Assembly (NCBI RefSeq): GCF_006345805.1
Contig: NC_043019.1
Coordinates: forward strand, 8,679,360 to 8,743,359
From: Octopus sinensis
Taxonomy: Eukaryota
Direction of reading: 5' to 3'
DNA length: 64,000 nt
Positions within the stretch are counted from its first letter, which is position 1. Every line of letters starts with the position of its first letter. Under the pieces are notes generated by a model. That model searched no databases, had not been told where the DNA came from, and was given only the letters and a program-made list of their open reading frames with translations. The position numbers were made by a program, and so were the translations under genes. Below, piece after piece: positions 31,215 through 46,539 of the stretch.

Positions 31215-32149
31215 TATATATATACACACACATACGCACTTTATAATTTTAATGATTAAATTCTTATCTTAGGTTATTTTTTATTCTTTTTAAGCAAGTT
31301 TAGTAAATTATTTGATTTGAGGTAACTTTTCTCATAGTACCAATCTGCCTGTGGTATCCCGGCATTAATTGTACCCATATTTGTGCCAATTTACTTCATT
31401 TAAATTGTTTCATAATAATAAGAACTATCTAACTTTAATGATAATTTAATACTTATTAATCATATTTACTCCACTGCGACAACTTGGGAATTTCATTATT
31501 TGGTAATATTTCAACATGCGATTTGGCCTTGAATATTAACCGCCTAATTGTAAGCGCCTTTTTATATGTGCATTTTAAGGTACCTACCTATAAGATGGAT
31601 TTTTCTTGCCTACCTGCATTTATCTAATTATTTCCACAATTCGCTATTTATGAGATTAAGCCCAATTTCACTTCCTAGAAGCTTTAACTCAATCGAAGTA
31701 TCAGTACTAGTTGCCTCCCCTTGACCACAATTCCGTGGATTCTTTTACTCTTCCCTCAAGCATGACATAACGAAAAGATGCTGAAAGACAGAAACGGCCT
31801 CACACCACCTATCTATCCTTTGACCTCCCCCCGTAATTTCTTTCTTTTCTTTTTTTTTATTTCATAATCAAATCCTTTGTGACCTCATTTCAAATTGTAA
31901 CTGACCAATTGTAGAGATCGCTGGACTTGGACTTGCCCCACTGGTGGGAATCTTGGACCATAGGTGGGATTCTTGGTAATAATTTCTCTGAGTAAATTTC
32001 CTTAAACACTTGTTTACTTTTACTTAAGTTTCCTCAGTTAGCATCAGAACTGCCCTTTGATGTTAGTATTTTCCTTATATAGAGTTTCTTCTTTTTCAAA
32101 CATCCAAACCCTCCCCTTAAAATTGCTCCTACCCGTTAATAAATTGTAG

Positions 32150-32400
32150 TATTCCCTAGACCATTACTAGCTCACACTTTTTTCTAGGGACCCCGTAGAC
32201 CCTTGATGGTAAATAGATGCTCTTAACATAGTGGGATTCTAGACTTTTCGTCTAGGCCTTTTCCTTCTCCCCTTCGTTTATAGTGTATCCTCTTGTTTTT
32301 TACTCTGATGAAGCTTCGTTGCCTAAATCCGAATGCCCTATGAAGATGAATAGCCTTACTGGTACTCCATGGCACACGCAGATTTTGTTCCCCCACCAGT
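32150..32400. mobile_element. Possible Penelope-like terminal relic with decayed ribozyme core
   Basis: Contains ctCTGATGAagc...ccGAATgc without a valid stem II; family assignment from memory. Confidence 0.3.
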
Positions 32401-33164
32401 AACTTCGACTCAATAGCCTTGTTTCTTTGTTTTTTTAATGTGACATCTGTAAAGATGATAACCGATGACCTGAGATATCAGCAGCTGTCTTGTTGTCATA
32501 GAGAAGAGCGCTTCTCGGGTTTTACGACTCTGAAGATTCTTTGCGTGTGTTTTAATTTGGATTCCGACGCTTCTGGCTCCACGTCTTAGAGAAGAATTCG
32601 TTAATTTTACATTTAATACAGTCATCGGAAGAACAAAAGCCACAAGACGATCATCTGCTACACAACGAGTTGATATATATTCTCCAGGGAAAAAATCATA
32701 TTTGTTCGGACTAAACCTCGATGCTGACAGGTGTTACACAAAGGAACAGTTCAGGATCGAATAACGAATTCTTGACTAACAGAATCCATCATACTTTGGA
32801 CGCGTGTAGGATGTTATTATTAGTGTTCTCTGATCTTGAACATCTCTCTTCGGAGAATGGAATCAAGACGGTACACTCGCGAGAAGGTTATATGTATTTA
32901 TGTGTGTGTGTGTGTGTGTCTGTGTGCATATATGTATGTATGTATGTACGTATGTATGTATATATGTATCGTTCCATACAGATAAGGAAGTATATTTCGA
33001 ACACAATATAGCTGAGATAGCAGCAGAAAGATTGGATATGTTACTCTTACACGTCGGAAAATATTCAATCTTTCTCAGCTTTTCTTATATCCTTACTGCG
33101 TTCGAATTTACATCCTTGTCTGTACAATACCCGCAACATTCAACAATTCCAAAGTTTGTTTCTA

Positions 33165-33224
<60 letters not shown>

Positions 33225-33663
33225 TTGTGTGTGTGTGTATGCGTGTGTGCGTGTATATATGTGTCTGTGTGCACACAATACTGTAAAAGAGGGGATTATT
33301 ATGTTTAGTCTTCGATGAAGCCTTTTGATGTAAATAACTGATTAACCAACAGATAACATTAAGCAGAGTATACAACCTTATCTCCACATTTAATTCTAAT
33401 CAGTAGATGGCTTTCATTTCATATCAAATAAAGAGTTTTGAAGACATTGATTTTGATAACATTAACTATTTGATATAACTATCCGTGATTACGACAAACG
33501 GCTTCCACTTTTAATACACGTACGTAGACGTGTTCAACAATACTACTGCCTAAACAGTAGAACTTAACTGGCCAATATCTACTCTCCTAACAATAACATA
33601 TGATCGCAGCATCACTGTCGTTAGTATCAGCCGTTATTATTACAACACGCCTATGTCCGTCCA

Positions 33664-33848
33664 CCTGACAGAATCGTTAAGTACCACAGACAAATTGCTA
33701 AGCGGCGTTTCGTCAATCTTTACTTTCCGAGTTTAAATTCCGCTACAGAACACTTTTCCTTCCGCAGTCGATGAAATAAGTACCAGTTGTGTACTGGAGC
33801 CGGTGTAATTGACTAGCACCCTCAGCCTAAAAGAATTTTTAGGCCTTG
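33664..33848 (+). mobile_element. Old degenerate SINE, family A
   Basis: gagtttaaattccgc ... gtcgatgaaataagtaccagttg aligns with the family A core. Confidence 0.7.
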
Positions 33849-34638
33849 TATGATTATTGCAATACGCCTTCTACTCGGCACAACTTACAAGTTTAGCTTT
33901 TTATCTTATTACAATCTTTTCTTCATTGTACATAGTTTACGGCTTATTACTTTTTATAACAATCGCCATTTAACAATATGCAGGTATAACGGTTATTAAT
34001 TAGTGATAATTACTTTCCCTGCTATAGCCTCCAAAATCTTTCATGCAATTCTTTCTCCGTATGTTCCAATCAACCACGTGGCTTCTTAAGTATTTTCATA
34101 ATTACATCTACCCTTTCCACTGAAGCACTCATATTAAACCTTTCTATATAGACAATATATTCTCACTGCTACTATAGATATCTTTCTGACGATAGGTTCA
34201 CTTCATGCAATAGTTTCGTCTTCGATACAGCTGTAAGCTATAACACGCACATATACTGTCCAGGAATTTGATGTTTACAACAGTAATTGCCTGGATTTCA
34301 ATTTACTATGGAAGGGAAATCGACAGAAAGGAATTCTTTCCTACCTTATCCTGAAGTGAAATGCTTTATACCTGAATTATTATGAAGTTTTATATTCCGG
34401 ATCATTCTTCTTTTTCTGCTATATTTTGATATTATTTATATATCTCTCTTGAATATGTTACATAAATATGTTTTTAATTGATTTGACAGTTTGAGACTAG
34501 CCTCTTCATACTTCTCATAATTTGTTCTGTTGTACGTATGTGTGTATATTTGTGTGTGTTGTGCGCGCGCACACATATATACGTATATATCTATATATCT
34601 ATATATATATATATATTATATATATATATAAATATATA

Positions 34639-34678
<40 letters not shown>

Positions 34679-35296
34679 AATATATATATATATATATAAC
34701 ATACATTTGTATAGACATATGTATATACATATAAATATGTCTGCGTGTATGTTTATATATACATGTCTTCCTGTGTTACCGTCTTTAATTCCTCGGTCAC
34801 CTCGTCTGCAAACACAAGATGGAATAATGATGATATTAAACGACTACAAAGTGGAATCAGCCAACAATGACATTTATCAATTTATATAACGATTTCAAGA
34901 TGTCTGCCGTGTTATCATTTTCTTTTATTACTTTCTTCTCATCATTCAAGCTTTGTTTCGCCATCTTCTTATTATTTCAGCAGCAATAATATTAATTTTA
35001 ATGTTGTTTCACATTTTTTATTCTACATATTAACTTTTATCTAACTCTTTTTTTTCTATTTTGCATAACGTCTGATGTCTTCGCAGCTACTAAATCACAC
35101 TAGGATATGTGTATCTCTATCTATGTATGCATGTATGTATGTATATATGTATGTATATACTTATACATATATACACATACATATATATATACATATATAT
35201 ACATACATATGAGTATATATATATACATACATGTATGTATGAATATGTGTATTCATATAAAACTATACGTATATACATATATATGTATATTATATC

Positions 35297-35334
<38 letters not shown>

Positions 35335-35345
35335 TTATATATGTG

Positions 35346-35376
<31 letters not shown>

Positions 35377-35656
35377 TAATATATATATAATTATATATAT
35401 ATTATATATATTTAATATATTATTTATAAAATATATTTATGTGTGTGTAGATGCGCGGAAATGTTTGTGTACATATCTTCTCATATGTGCTTGCGTAAAC
35501 TCGAGACAGATTCTCTATGTACATCTGAGGCGAAGATTAAAGCAACGTATTAAAACATAAAACTTGTGAAGTACCAATGCACAGCATAAGAAATACTTGT
35601 ATATTTATGCGCGTACGTATACATAATCGCAAAAGCAACCACATCCGTTTATAAGT

Positions 35657-35775
35657 ATGTCCGCGGCAGTATTTGTGCATGTCCGCGGCAGTATTTGTGC
35701 ATGTCCGCGGCAGTATTTGTGCATGTCCGCGGCAGTTTTTGTGCATTTCCACGGCAGTATTTGTGCATGTCCACG
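35657..35775. repeat. 22-bp minisatellite, ~5.4 copies (ATGTCCGCGGCAGTATTTGTGC)
   Basis: Copies start at 35657, 35679, 35701, 35723, 35745 and 35767 (partial); no spacers. Confidence 0.95.
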
Positions 35776-36267
35776 TACCCGTGACTCTGTGCACGCGCTT
35801 GTGTATGTGTGTAGTTTTTTTACATTTGTGTACAATTTCGTCTTGGTTGATGTTCTACATTAAGTATTCCTATTGAAATATCTTGCCTAAAAATGTGATA
35901 TTCTTTGCATTATAGACAACGCCCACACACACGCAGTCATACTTAAACATTCACTCATATACACTCATATACACTCATACACACACTCATTACATAAACC
36001 TCTCTGTTGTCTCAATATTAGTAGGAATGCAAACACGTCACTTTTACCATTGGTGTTTGCCTCAAGAATAGAGAGAGTTTCATAACGGATCGTTTCCTGA
36101 AATAGAAAGGAGTCAATTTCGCTCCTCATATCAGATGAGCCATGTTCTGTCTTCAGAATGTACCATAAGGGTACACCAGCCTCATGCATCACAACCACAT
36201 GTGCGTGATATGGTGGTTTCATATCAAGATGAACAGCGCAGGACCTTGAATATGCCTGACTGAGGGT

Positions 36268-36490
36268 TGCTTAAGGATGTTGAAAAAAACAACCGTGTTG
36301 CCAGAAGTGAATTATTCAAACCGCAAAGAATTCACCTCAACACATGGCTATGAGGCTGGCCCTACTACGTCTGCTCGTGAAGAGAGATGCACGTATTGCC
36401 TGCCACAAAGGGACAAGTGCAACTGGTTAAGGTCAAGCAACTGACAGCAAAGCATGTTGCCATGAGCAGAATATTTGCTGTAGCCAATAT
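36268..36490 (-). mobile_element. Possible SINE-like dispersed repeat
   Basis: Recognised from memory as an octopus dispersed repeat; single copy here, so not internally verifiable. Confidence 0.35.
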
Positions 36491-36509
36491 TTTTCACTAA
36501 AACAAAACA

Positions 36510-36571
<62 letters not shown>

Positions 36572-36584
36572 TATTATTATTCAT

Positions 36585-36700
36585 GTCGACTTTGCCTTTA
36601 ATCCTTCGAGGTTGATAAATTAAGTACCAGTTGAACATTGGGGTCGATATATTGGACCCCTCCCCCAAAACGGCTACCCTTATGGCAAGTTTTCAAACCA
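36585..36700 (+). mobile_element. 3' fragment of family A SINE
   Basis: gtcgactttgcctttaatccttcgaggttgataaattaagtaccagttg. Confidence 0.8.
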
Positions 36701-36749
36701 TTATTATTGCTGTTGTTGTCGTCCTTGCTGATGGTATTGTTGATGCTAT

Positions 36750-36912
36750 TTTGCTGTTGTTGTTGTAGCAGCAGCAGCAGTAGTATCAGCAGTAGCAGTA
36801 GTAGTAACTGTAGTAGTAGTAGTAGTAGTAGCAGCAATCGTTGTAGTAGTAGCGATGGTAGTGGTGGAGGTGGTAATAGTAGTAGTAGTAGCAGTAGTAG
36901 TATTATTATTAT

Positions 36913-36951
<39 letters not shown>

Positions 36952-36961
36952 CAATAGTAGT

Positions 36962-37028
<67 letters not shown>

Positions 37029-37030
37029 CT
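36750..37030. repeat. Compound (AGT/AGC)n microsatellite
   Basis: Read directly; source of the poly-S/L/V ORFs. Confidence 0.95.
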
Positions 37031-38360
37031 AGTAAATCAACATTGTGTAAATGGCCGAGTTTGGAGTAGTTTATTCTTTGGACAGATGCTGCGCAAAGCC
37101 GTTTGTATAACTTCATTGTATAACAACATGTGCAGCGTAATCTCAAACGAAACTGTGTTAACATTCTGAAGTTTAGTTATTGATTCATTTGTAATAAGTC
37201 CAATGTTGTTAAGGGTGTGGTGTATTAGAAAAGGAAAATATATACGCCGGTCGAAAACGTGCTCAAGAAGCGTTGTTAGGCGATTGGATATGGTGTGTGT
37301 AGTGAGGAGTGCATAGATGTTGCAGTAATTAAAGAAAATTTATGATGTAATCAGATTTGAGACCCTTTTTTGTAGCTCACGAGTTTTTGAAAGAACGTTT
37401 AGGTGTTCTTAATTGATATTAATAAAGCCTTTATTATCAAAATGTGTTTGTAAACTTCAGAATGATGATGTAATTGTTGTATACGAATAAATGCAGTATA
37501 AATATAAACTGACGCATGCTCATTGCTGCACAGCGAACATGTTACTACTAAGGTGTATATAGCAGTAGTAACGTTCTGTCTGACAAAATATGAAGTAAAG
37601 TATAGAAGAGAAATAACTCCAAATTGTTATTTATACAGAAATTGCAGTTGAGGGATTAGACAGTAATAAAAAATGATAGATTTTGAATTGATAGCATAAC
37701 TACAGGTGAAGTAAATTTACTAAGCTATATTAATTGTAGTAGCTTATGAGGTTTTCAGTTACGTAGTGAACTATTTACCTAAACTAGAGTTGGGGGTGTT
37801 AAATTTTAAAGAGGAAGTTTATATTTTCAATTCTTCTAATAAAAGCGACGGGTGAGTAAATATATTATAAGAAATGCAATCGACTGAAGACTTTTGAATG
37901 CTTTTCTGTTTAGTTTATTATGATGTGTTTTATAAGAAAACAGAATAAACACTCGGTAAGTGGAAATGAGCGGTGAAAGATAAAGTAAAAATAAGAAGTA
38001 ACGGATATATAAGATATGATAAAAGGGCAACGAATAATGGTTAATCACAATAAATACAAGAAAAAGACAGTGAACCGCATTAAGAATTCATGAAGTAAGA
38101 ATTGCAATATTTTGAAGCCGATATAAGATAAAAACATTGGGGTCAGATGAGTTCATAACATTAACGTATGTGCATTTAAAGAACTTTTATTGCTGGTTAA
38201 AATAGAAATTGTTGAAGAAGAAGTCTGATGTTATAATATTGTAACAAAAGATATACGAAAGTTACTGGTGTATTCAAACTGGAGTACAGTAGCGTGTCAT
38301 CAAAATATCGATTCACTATAGAGAGCAATAACTAAAATGTTATTATATGTATAATAACAA

Positions 38361-38584
38361 TATGTGAGCCGTGCTTAAAAGTTCCTGGTTTTAAGTGTAT
38401 CGCAGAAAAGCTTGGTAGGAGGGCCAGGCTTCCAAGTTCTTTTATAGGGCTTAGAAAAGCTGAATGACCACTGCGACAGATGTGTGAATCTAAAACGGGA
38501 ATGTCTTGAATAAAGTTATAATTAACTGATCCTCCTGTATTTTCTTTTGCCCTAAAATCAGGAACTGTTCAGCACCCCTTCATA
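38361..38584. mobile_element. Mariner-derived MITE with ~35-bp TIRs
   Basis: Left tatgtgagccgtgcttaaaagttcctggttttaag versus right (rc) tatgaaggggtgctgaacagttcctgattttagg; TA-bounded ends resembling mariner TACGAGGG.. termini. Confidence 0.7.
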
Positions 38585-40149
38585 TAACCGCGTGCAATTA
38601 TATACAGTCGTTCTGTTACAACTGAATATCGACCCTGGAATCTGTGAACCAATAGTGGAAATCAATAAAATAAAAGACATTCATGACCTCTCATTCGCGA
38701 TTAACACTAAAATAACAATTTAGTGAGTCTATAGAAAAATTTCAAATGGTCGTGACAGTCCGTGTTATTAGAAAAAGGTTCATGGCTGACGCTTGATGTG
38801 ATGATATAGCGTTGGATAAAGGAACTTTAGAAAAAAATCACTGACAATGTACTAAATCTGTAGTTCTAATATTTAGTGCCGTTTGGATACCAAAATGAGC
38901 GAGTATTGTTTGCAAGCATTTGATAATCAATGAAGCGTAAATTTTAGAATACGCAATTATATGTTCTTTTTGCCCAAAGTTAAGGGCGCCGAAATATGCG
39001 AATATGAATCAATAGGATATGGTGCAATTAAACCATGTGTTATAGACGTTCTGTGTAATATGGCATTGAGTCTTCGGCCCAATGTTGGTCGCAGTATTTT
39101 TAATGCTGGGGGAAGTATTGCATCGTCGTGGAGCGCATGTCAGAGTGCCTGGTTGTGTGGAGCCTTTTTATTGTAGAAACAAATCGGTAGCTTTCGGAAG
39201 TATGTTCGGAGGATACTAGTAAATATACCGGGTGAACTTATCACTACGTGAAAAGAACGGACCATTCCATCACTCACATATAAGAGTGTTTTTGTATCGC
39301 TTCACAAGACAGCGATTGCCTTTGGACTTGAGTAAAAGAATGCAACGAAGCCACATTTTTGTCGGTGAAACACTTATCGACTATTTCGAGATAAGTTTGG
39401 AAAGTGGTGTAACGATCTCTTCAAATGGGTGAATGAGCCTACACTGACCAAGCAGTCGTTTACAATGAATACCCCTTAGTACAACTCCTTCTATTAAGAA
39501 CAAGGTGTAGTACTCTCAACTCTGACGGTCTCCTACAAACTTAGGTCACCATCGTATCTTAGATCCTGTTTATAAGTCACTGTTTTTATTCTTGCTTCCG
39601 ATTCACTTATGAAAATAAAAGTAAAATATTCAAACACGCAATCAAGCTTACAAAACAGGGACTCGTAGGTTAAGGCAACTTGCTCTTTTCAAAAGTTAAG
39701 TGTTATTGTTTTCAGATATACGCAGTGTGACCCCTATTTGTGGACATATTTCTTGTATCAGACTCGCCCTTGATATTTTAGTGACACATTACTTCATTAA
39801 ACCTTGAGCGGTAAAAGACGAATTCGAACCCTCGCAATTTTGCCAATTTCAAACAAGTAATTGTTTCCAATTTAGGCAGAAGGCAAGAAATCTGTAAGGG
39901 TCTACTATGGATGAAACGGATTTCAATTTATCCGTGTTACCTTTTCCAATTCACTTCCAAAAGAAAGTAAATGTTGTTGGAATTTGAACTAAGAACGTAA
40001 CGAAACAAGAATTCAGAATGTTGAGAAGGTTGGATAAAAGGACGTGAGGAATTTTACCCAACGACCTGAAAAGTTCTGGCATCCTTATCCTATTTTTCAA
40101 ATACTTATTTTCCATTTTCGAACTAAGTCCTTAATTTTAAAGAGAAAAG

Positions 40150-40325
40150 GAGGAACGATTTTATCGACCCGAATACTTCACTGGTATTTTATTTCAACGA
40201 ACCTGAAATGTTGAAAGGTGACGTAGATCACGCCAGATTCCACACTGCGAAAGAAAAGAAAGAGTAGATGAATACTACAAAGAATTTATCATTTTTCTCG
40301 AAGCCCAAACGATTCTGCCAGCTCA
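40150..40325 (-). mobile_element. Old degenerate SINE, family A
   Basis: tttatcgacccg..ctggtattttatttcaacgaacctgaaatgttgaaagg ... aacgattctgccagctc. Confidence 0.6.
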
Positions 40326-40939
40326 GCTTCAATACAATGTATTTGATAAGAATAATAGCAATAACAATAATAATAATAAGCATGCATTGCAACGGTAACG
40401 TCAATAAAATCAAGAAATACTGAAGAGAACGAAGGCAGATAAAGGAAAGGAGATTCTTTCACTATGTCTCTTGTGGGGAAACGTTATTTCTTTCTTACAA
40501 AAACAAGAATCTTTTATCAGAGAGAAAATTGTGAAGCCAGGGTAGGCAGCAATTCGCTTTACGAATAAGATGCAATTTTGAATAAGCTTAAGATAAAGGC
40601 AGCTTAAATGCAAATCTTAATGGAGAGCAAAACACCAGATCGCATAAACAGTATTGTAGTTAAATTATCATTGATGTTGTTGTTGTTGTTGATGATGATG
40701 ATGATGATGATAGTGTTGCAGCTGTATTACTGTATTCATGGCACGTCAGATACGCATATATGGATGCTTTGATAGATAAGGAGAGAGATAAATACATAAT
40801 AGAGACATGATGTCAGGTATCTGCATTTGATATATATAAATATAAACAAGCATATACATGTGTGTGTGCATTTGTGTGTATGTAAATGTATATGCTACAC
40901 ACACACACACACACGCACACATATATATATGTATGTATG

Positions 40940-41042
<103 letters not shown>

Positions 41043-41176
41043 TATATATATATACTATATATATATATATATATACTAGCCACACGAACATATGACTACA
41101 TGCCTTAAAATAATGACATTTTCTGTATTTTCTCACCTATCTCTCTTTCTCGTACAACATTAGTAATACAAATATA

Positions 41177-41212
<36 letters not shown>

Positions 41213-42964
41213 TATATATACATACATACACATAGATATGCGTATATATACATACACACAGTTTGTGTGTGTATCTCTCTGCACTTGGCGCATGTTTATA
41301 TATGAAGATTAATTCACTGGATGCCATACAAGAGATTTTCCCTAAAAGCCGAAATTCTTATGTACTATTAGATCGTCAATAGAAGACAATCAATCAATCA
41401 ATCCAAGGATGAAGGTCTTTGACATAAATATTGCGCCATCAGCTTCCCAACGCATCCATATACACCCGATACCGACATCGAAAAAGAATTTTTCTTAGCT
41501 CCATTCTCTAAATACATCATAGAAGCATAAAGCCGTTCTTAAATCTACATAATGCAGAGAACTTTAAATCCTCAATGCTTGTCTCCAGTAACAAAAACGT
41601 ATTGGTTTTTTTAAGGCAGCACAGAATAAAATGGTTTATGCGGATCAAAAGGATTTGCAAAGGTTATTAAATAGGTGTTGCAATCCTGTTTCGGTTTGAA
41701 GGTAAGATTTTCTTCTGATCGACGCCAAATATATTGAATGGTTTTTCCCCGGTAATTTTATGTATACGTATAAATGAACGAATCTTTTTCACCTTCTCAC
41801 TCTTCACTTCTCTCTTCCTCTCTCGCTTTCTCTAAATACATACATAAATACAACCATACATATATATTTGTGTGTGTGTGTGTGTGTACACAGAGGGGAG
41901 AAAGAGAGGGAGGGAGACAGAATAGAATAAAGAATAAAAGGGGATTTACTGTGTTTATGTTATAACATGATAAATTGCATAACCTTTACGCGTGTTTCAC
42001 GACTGAATGCTAGTATGTTATGTGTTTATCGTTATGTAGACGATTGTGTAATAACATTGGATCGCAGATCTTGAGAAGAAAATAGTAATTCACTCCATTA
42101 TCATTTGCCAGTTTCGGTTGGCTGATAGTGCTGATGTATAATAACTTTCTAAATTTAAGATGACTCTCGTTTTCTAAATGTTATATCAAGGAAAACATTT
42201 TTCTTTTCATTTCAGAAGATAAATAAATAAATAAAGGAAAACTGAAGAAAAGAAAGAAGACGAAAACTGTGGTCAAAGTTTGTACGGTAAAATTGAAGGT
42301 CACGGGTGTCACAAATAAGAAAAAAATGAGAAGTTAACAATAAGTGAATTTGTCGGAATATAGTGAAAATCAGTTCTATACATTTAAATACACATACACA
42401 CACAGGCATGGTCACACCCACACACATATAACATTTTATTTCTGTACCCCTATCAACAAACACACTCACACACACGCACACTCATACATGCACACACACG
42501 TACATATCATATATATATATATATATCCACAAACGTACGCATGCATACGTCTTCGGAAGTTAGTAGCAGTTCGAATACAGACAGGTATTCTCTTATACGG
42601 GCTGTTCAGATTCTTAAGGTCACATATATTTTGAATATTGTTTGTTTATTTACGTATTTCAATCGTCCGTGTAAAGCTGAGGGAGGTGTACATTACTCAC
42701 TATAAATGACAATATACCAAAAAGTCTAAAGTGGTTCGAAAAAGAAATAGAGGCAACGAATAGGTAAATATTTTTGTTGTTAAACGGTGCGACTCCTTAA
42801 AATGAAATTACATCTACAGAATTAATTTTTTTTCAGACCAATTTAATATCTTCGGGACAAAGACAGCAAATTTATGCGTTAGAAGAAACCGTGCGATGTG
42901 TTTTATGAATAGTCCCTGCGAGAACACAAAAGTGATATGCCATGTTCATAATAGAATATTTATT

Positions 42965-43364
42965 TATTTATTGCCGAAAGGGGACTAAAAATAGAAAGGA
43001 CAAACAATGACACACTAAGGGATTAAGTTGATTACGTCGAGTCCAGTGCGTAACTGGTACTTATTTAATCGACGCCGAAAGGATGAAAGGCAAAGTCGAC
43101 CTCGGCGGAATTTGAACTCAGAACGTAGCGGCAGATGAAATACCTATTTCTTTACTACCCACAAGGGGCTAAACACAGAGAGGACAAACAAGGACAGACA
43201 AACGGATTATTGACTCTAGTGCGTAACTGGTACTTATTTAATCGACCCCGAAAGGATGAAAGGCAAAGTCGACCTCGACGGAATTTCGACTCAGAACGTA
43301 GCGGTAGACGAAATACCGCTACGAATTTCGCCCGGCGTGCTAACGTTTCTGCCTGCTCGCCGCC
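42965..43364 (-). mobile_element. Head-to-tail dimer of family A SINE
   Basis: Full unit 43145-43364 followed by an A-box-less unit 42965-43144; same junction as 769/770. Confidence 0.9.
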
Positions 43365-44129
43365 TTCCGTTCCTGGTAGAATATTGGTCATTTGATTACG
43401 TCGCATCATAAACCAAGAAGTTCTTTGTTTCTTAACATATATTTTTGTCTGATAAATCTAAACATTGATAGATCTCACTAAGATAACGGAATATTAAAAC
43501 GTGGTAGTTTATCATTTGTTACTTCACAATGTTTCTTTCCACTTTTGTCTAATACTTTTGTGTCAGACAGTAGTTTCATGTCAGAAGTGAGAAGAACGCA
43601 AAACATATTCATCTCGACTGCGACGTATAATGACTAGCAACGCACAAATAGTGGCTGCACTGTGATTACCGGTTTGGGTAAAAAGATTTTGTCGATATCA
43701 CAGTATGAAACATGCATCATTTATAAAGGAGAAAAAAAAAAAGAAAAGAAACAAAGAAACACAAGGAAAGTTTGACACACATTCAGGCGACTGGCGTATT
43801 ATAAATGCAGGAGCCGACGAAAATTGTACAGCTCCACTTTGAATGGTTTAAATGGCTGAAACGGACAAAAAAGCTTAAAAGAATGAACTAGAGATATAAG
43901 TAGACATACACATCGATAAACAGACAACAATACATACATAGATACATTCATGCACACGTACACATATATACATACATAGCTTACAAACAAGGGTAAAAGG
44001 AAAATTATTTCTATACAGACGTACATTCATACATACATACATATATATGTATATTTATATACATACACACACACATATGTATATATATATATATATGCAT
44101 ATATATGCATATATATATTTATGCTTATA

Positions 44130-44189
<60 letters not shown>

Positions 44190-44617
44190 AGGCAGAAAAA
44201 AGAGTATATAGACACACACATATATAGACACACACATATAGTAGTACACATATGCCTGTATATGTATGTAAATTGCATTACTGTTTTAATGCAATGATTT
44301 CCGTTCTGCTCCAAAACATAAATTTCCAGTTTATTAGTCAGCTGCGAACTATTTTTTTAATAAGGCAAACAAGAATCACGCTTTTATTAGATTAGTGAAC
44401 AAAATGCTGCACTACTAACACAGACTCAAATGTTGTATATATGAGATACATGTCTATGTGTGTATGTGTGTGTGTATAGATATGCGTAAACAAATGTATT
44501 TATACATGAATTTCTATACAAATATTTATGACTGTGTGTGTGTATAAGTATATATATATACATAATTATATATATTTATATGTAATATATATGCATAAAT
44601 ATATATATTTGTATGTA

Positions 44618-44678
<61 letters not shown>

Positions 44679-44700
44679 ATTGTATATATGTATATATATA

Positions 44701-44739
<39 letters not shown>

Positions 44740-44994
44740 AGTACTTATATATACATGTGTGTGTATGTATATATATATAATATGTATATATGTATATATA
44801 CATATATTCATATATATACATACATATATATATGTATATACATACATATATATATGTTGATATCTGCATGCATCGTCTAATTATAATGAACATGTAATTA
44901 CATATTTTTGCATATATATATTTAACTTCTAACCCACAATCACACATAAACCTACGCAATCAGAAAAATAATTGCGTATAGCGGCGTGTTTGTG

Positions 44995-45031
<37 letters not shown>

Positions 45032-45303
45032 TTGTAGTTTGCCTCTGTACTTATGTAGGAAGTAATAAATATATTGCCGAGAGTTTGTTCACATATATAC
45101 TCCTAACACAATTACACACGCCTACATTAACTCTCATATATTCATGCTACACGATATGTGTATGCATATGCATCGTCCATATCTGGAGTTTATTACATCA
45201 GTCAAAAATGTCTGCAAGAATAACAACTCACGCATTTAACAATACAATCCGTTATTTCATACATATACCGGCATATGAATTTCTATAATATATACATATA
45301 TAT

Positions 45304-45334
<31 letters not shown>

Positions 45335-45387
45335 ATATATATGTATATATATATATATATATGTATATATATGATATTATTTATATA

Positions 45388-45429
<42 letters not shown>

Positions 45430-46363
45430 TATTTATCTGTATATACGTATATACATTATACAAGTTCTTATGCCGATATATCTATGAATATATATTCAGA
45501 TGCATACATATGTGTGTGTATGTGTGTTTGCGTGAATGCGTGTATATATTACACTAATATATGAAGACATACAGCTGTACTTCATCTACATTTACATATG
45601 TGTAAATTAATATTCAATTACTATGCATACACACATGCATATGTACACACTCACACACAGAGAAACACACACATGTACATATACACAGACACACGTATGG
45701 ATATATACGATCAAACACATTTTATGCAAATTAAGTTATGATATGTATGCGTGTGTGTGTATCTGTGTTTGTGTCTGTTTCTGTGTGTATGTGTGTGTGT
45801 GTGTCTGTATGGCAGTTTATGTATGCACCTGAGCATGTTGGTGCTAACTATACTCTCATGTTAAGTGTATGTAAAATATACAACTTTAAAGTAAGCTTAC
45901 AAAAAAAGAAATACAGCAAAGTAAAATAAAAGAACCAACAAAAGAAACGGCAACAACTATAAAAACCAAAGTTTAAAAATGAATAATCAATTACGTTTTT
46001 TAAAAAACAATTACCAAACGAGATCGAAGCTACAGACGAAATTAACATGAACAACAACAACAACAACGACAACATGAAGATAAACGTTAAAAGCCTTTAA
46101 TAATTTCCATTATAACAAGAACTGTAAGCAACAAGCAAAAAAGATTCTAAAAGATAAAACAACGTCAGAAAAGAAGGAACATTAAAAAAAAAGAAAAACA
46201 AAAACGGTAACGATTTTTTTTTTAATAAAAATATATTGAAAATAACAGCAATAACAGTGATATTAGCAATAAAGAACACACACACACAATGCATATCAAT
46301 AATGAAATATATCTAAAAGTATATAGATATACATATATACTTTTATATAATATATATATATAT

Positions 46364-46399
<36 letters not shown>

Positions 46400-46506
46400 T
46401 ATATGTATATATATATAATGCATATATATATATATTTGTATATATATATATATATAGGTATATATATTTGTATATATATATATGTGTATATATATACATA
46501 TATATA

Positions 46507-46539
<33 letters not shown>

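Noticed and set aside
35657-35775. CRISPR-like appearance of the 22-bp repeats
   Set aside because: Contiguous repeats with no spacers, eukaryotic context, no cas genes.
39278-39356. MWLRCILLLKSKGNRCLVKRY (longin-like) ending at a GTGAGT donor
   Set aside because: No good acceptor, and the similarity is too short to support.
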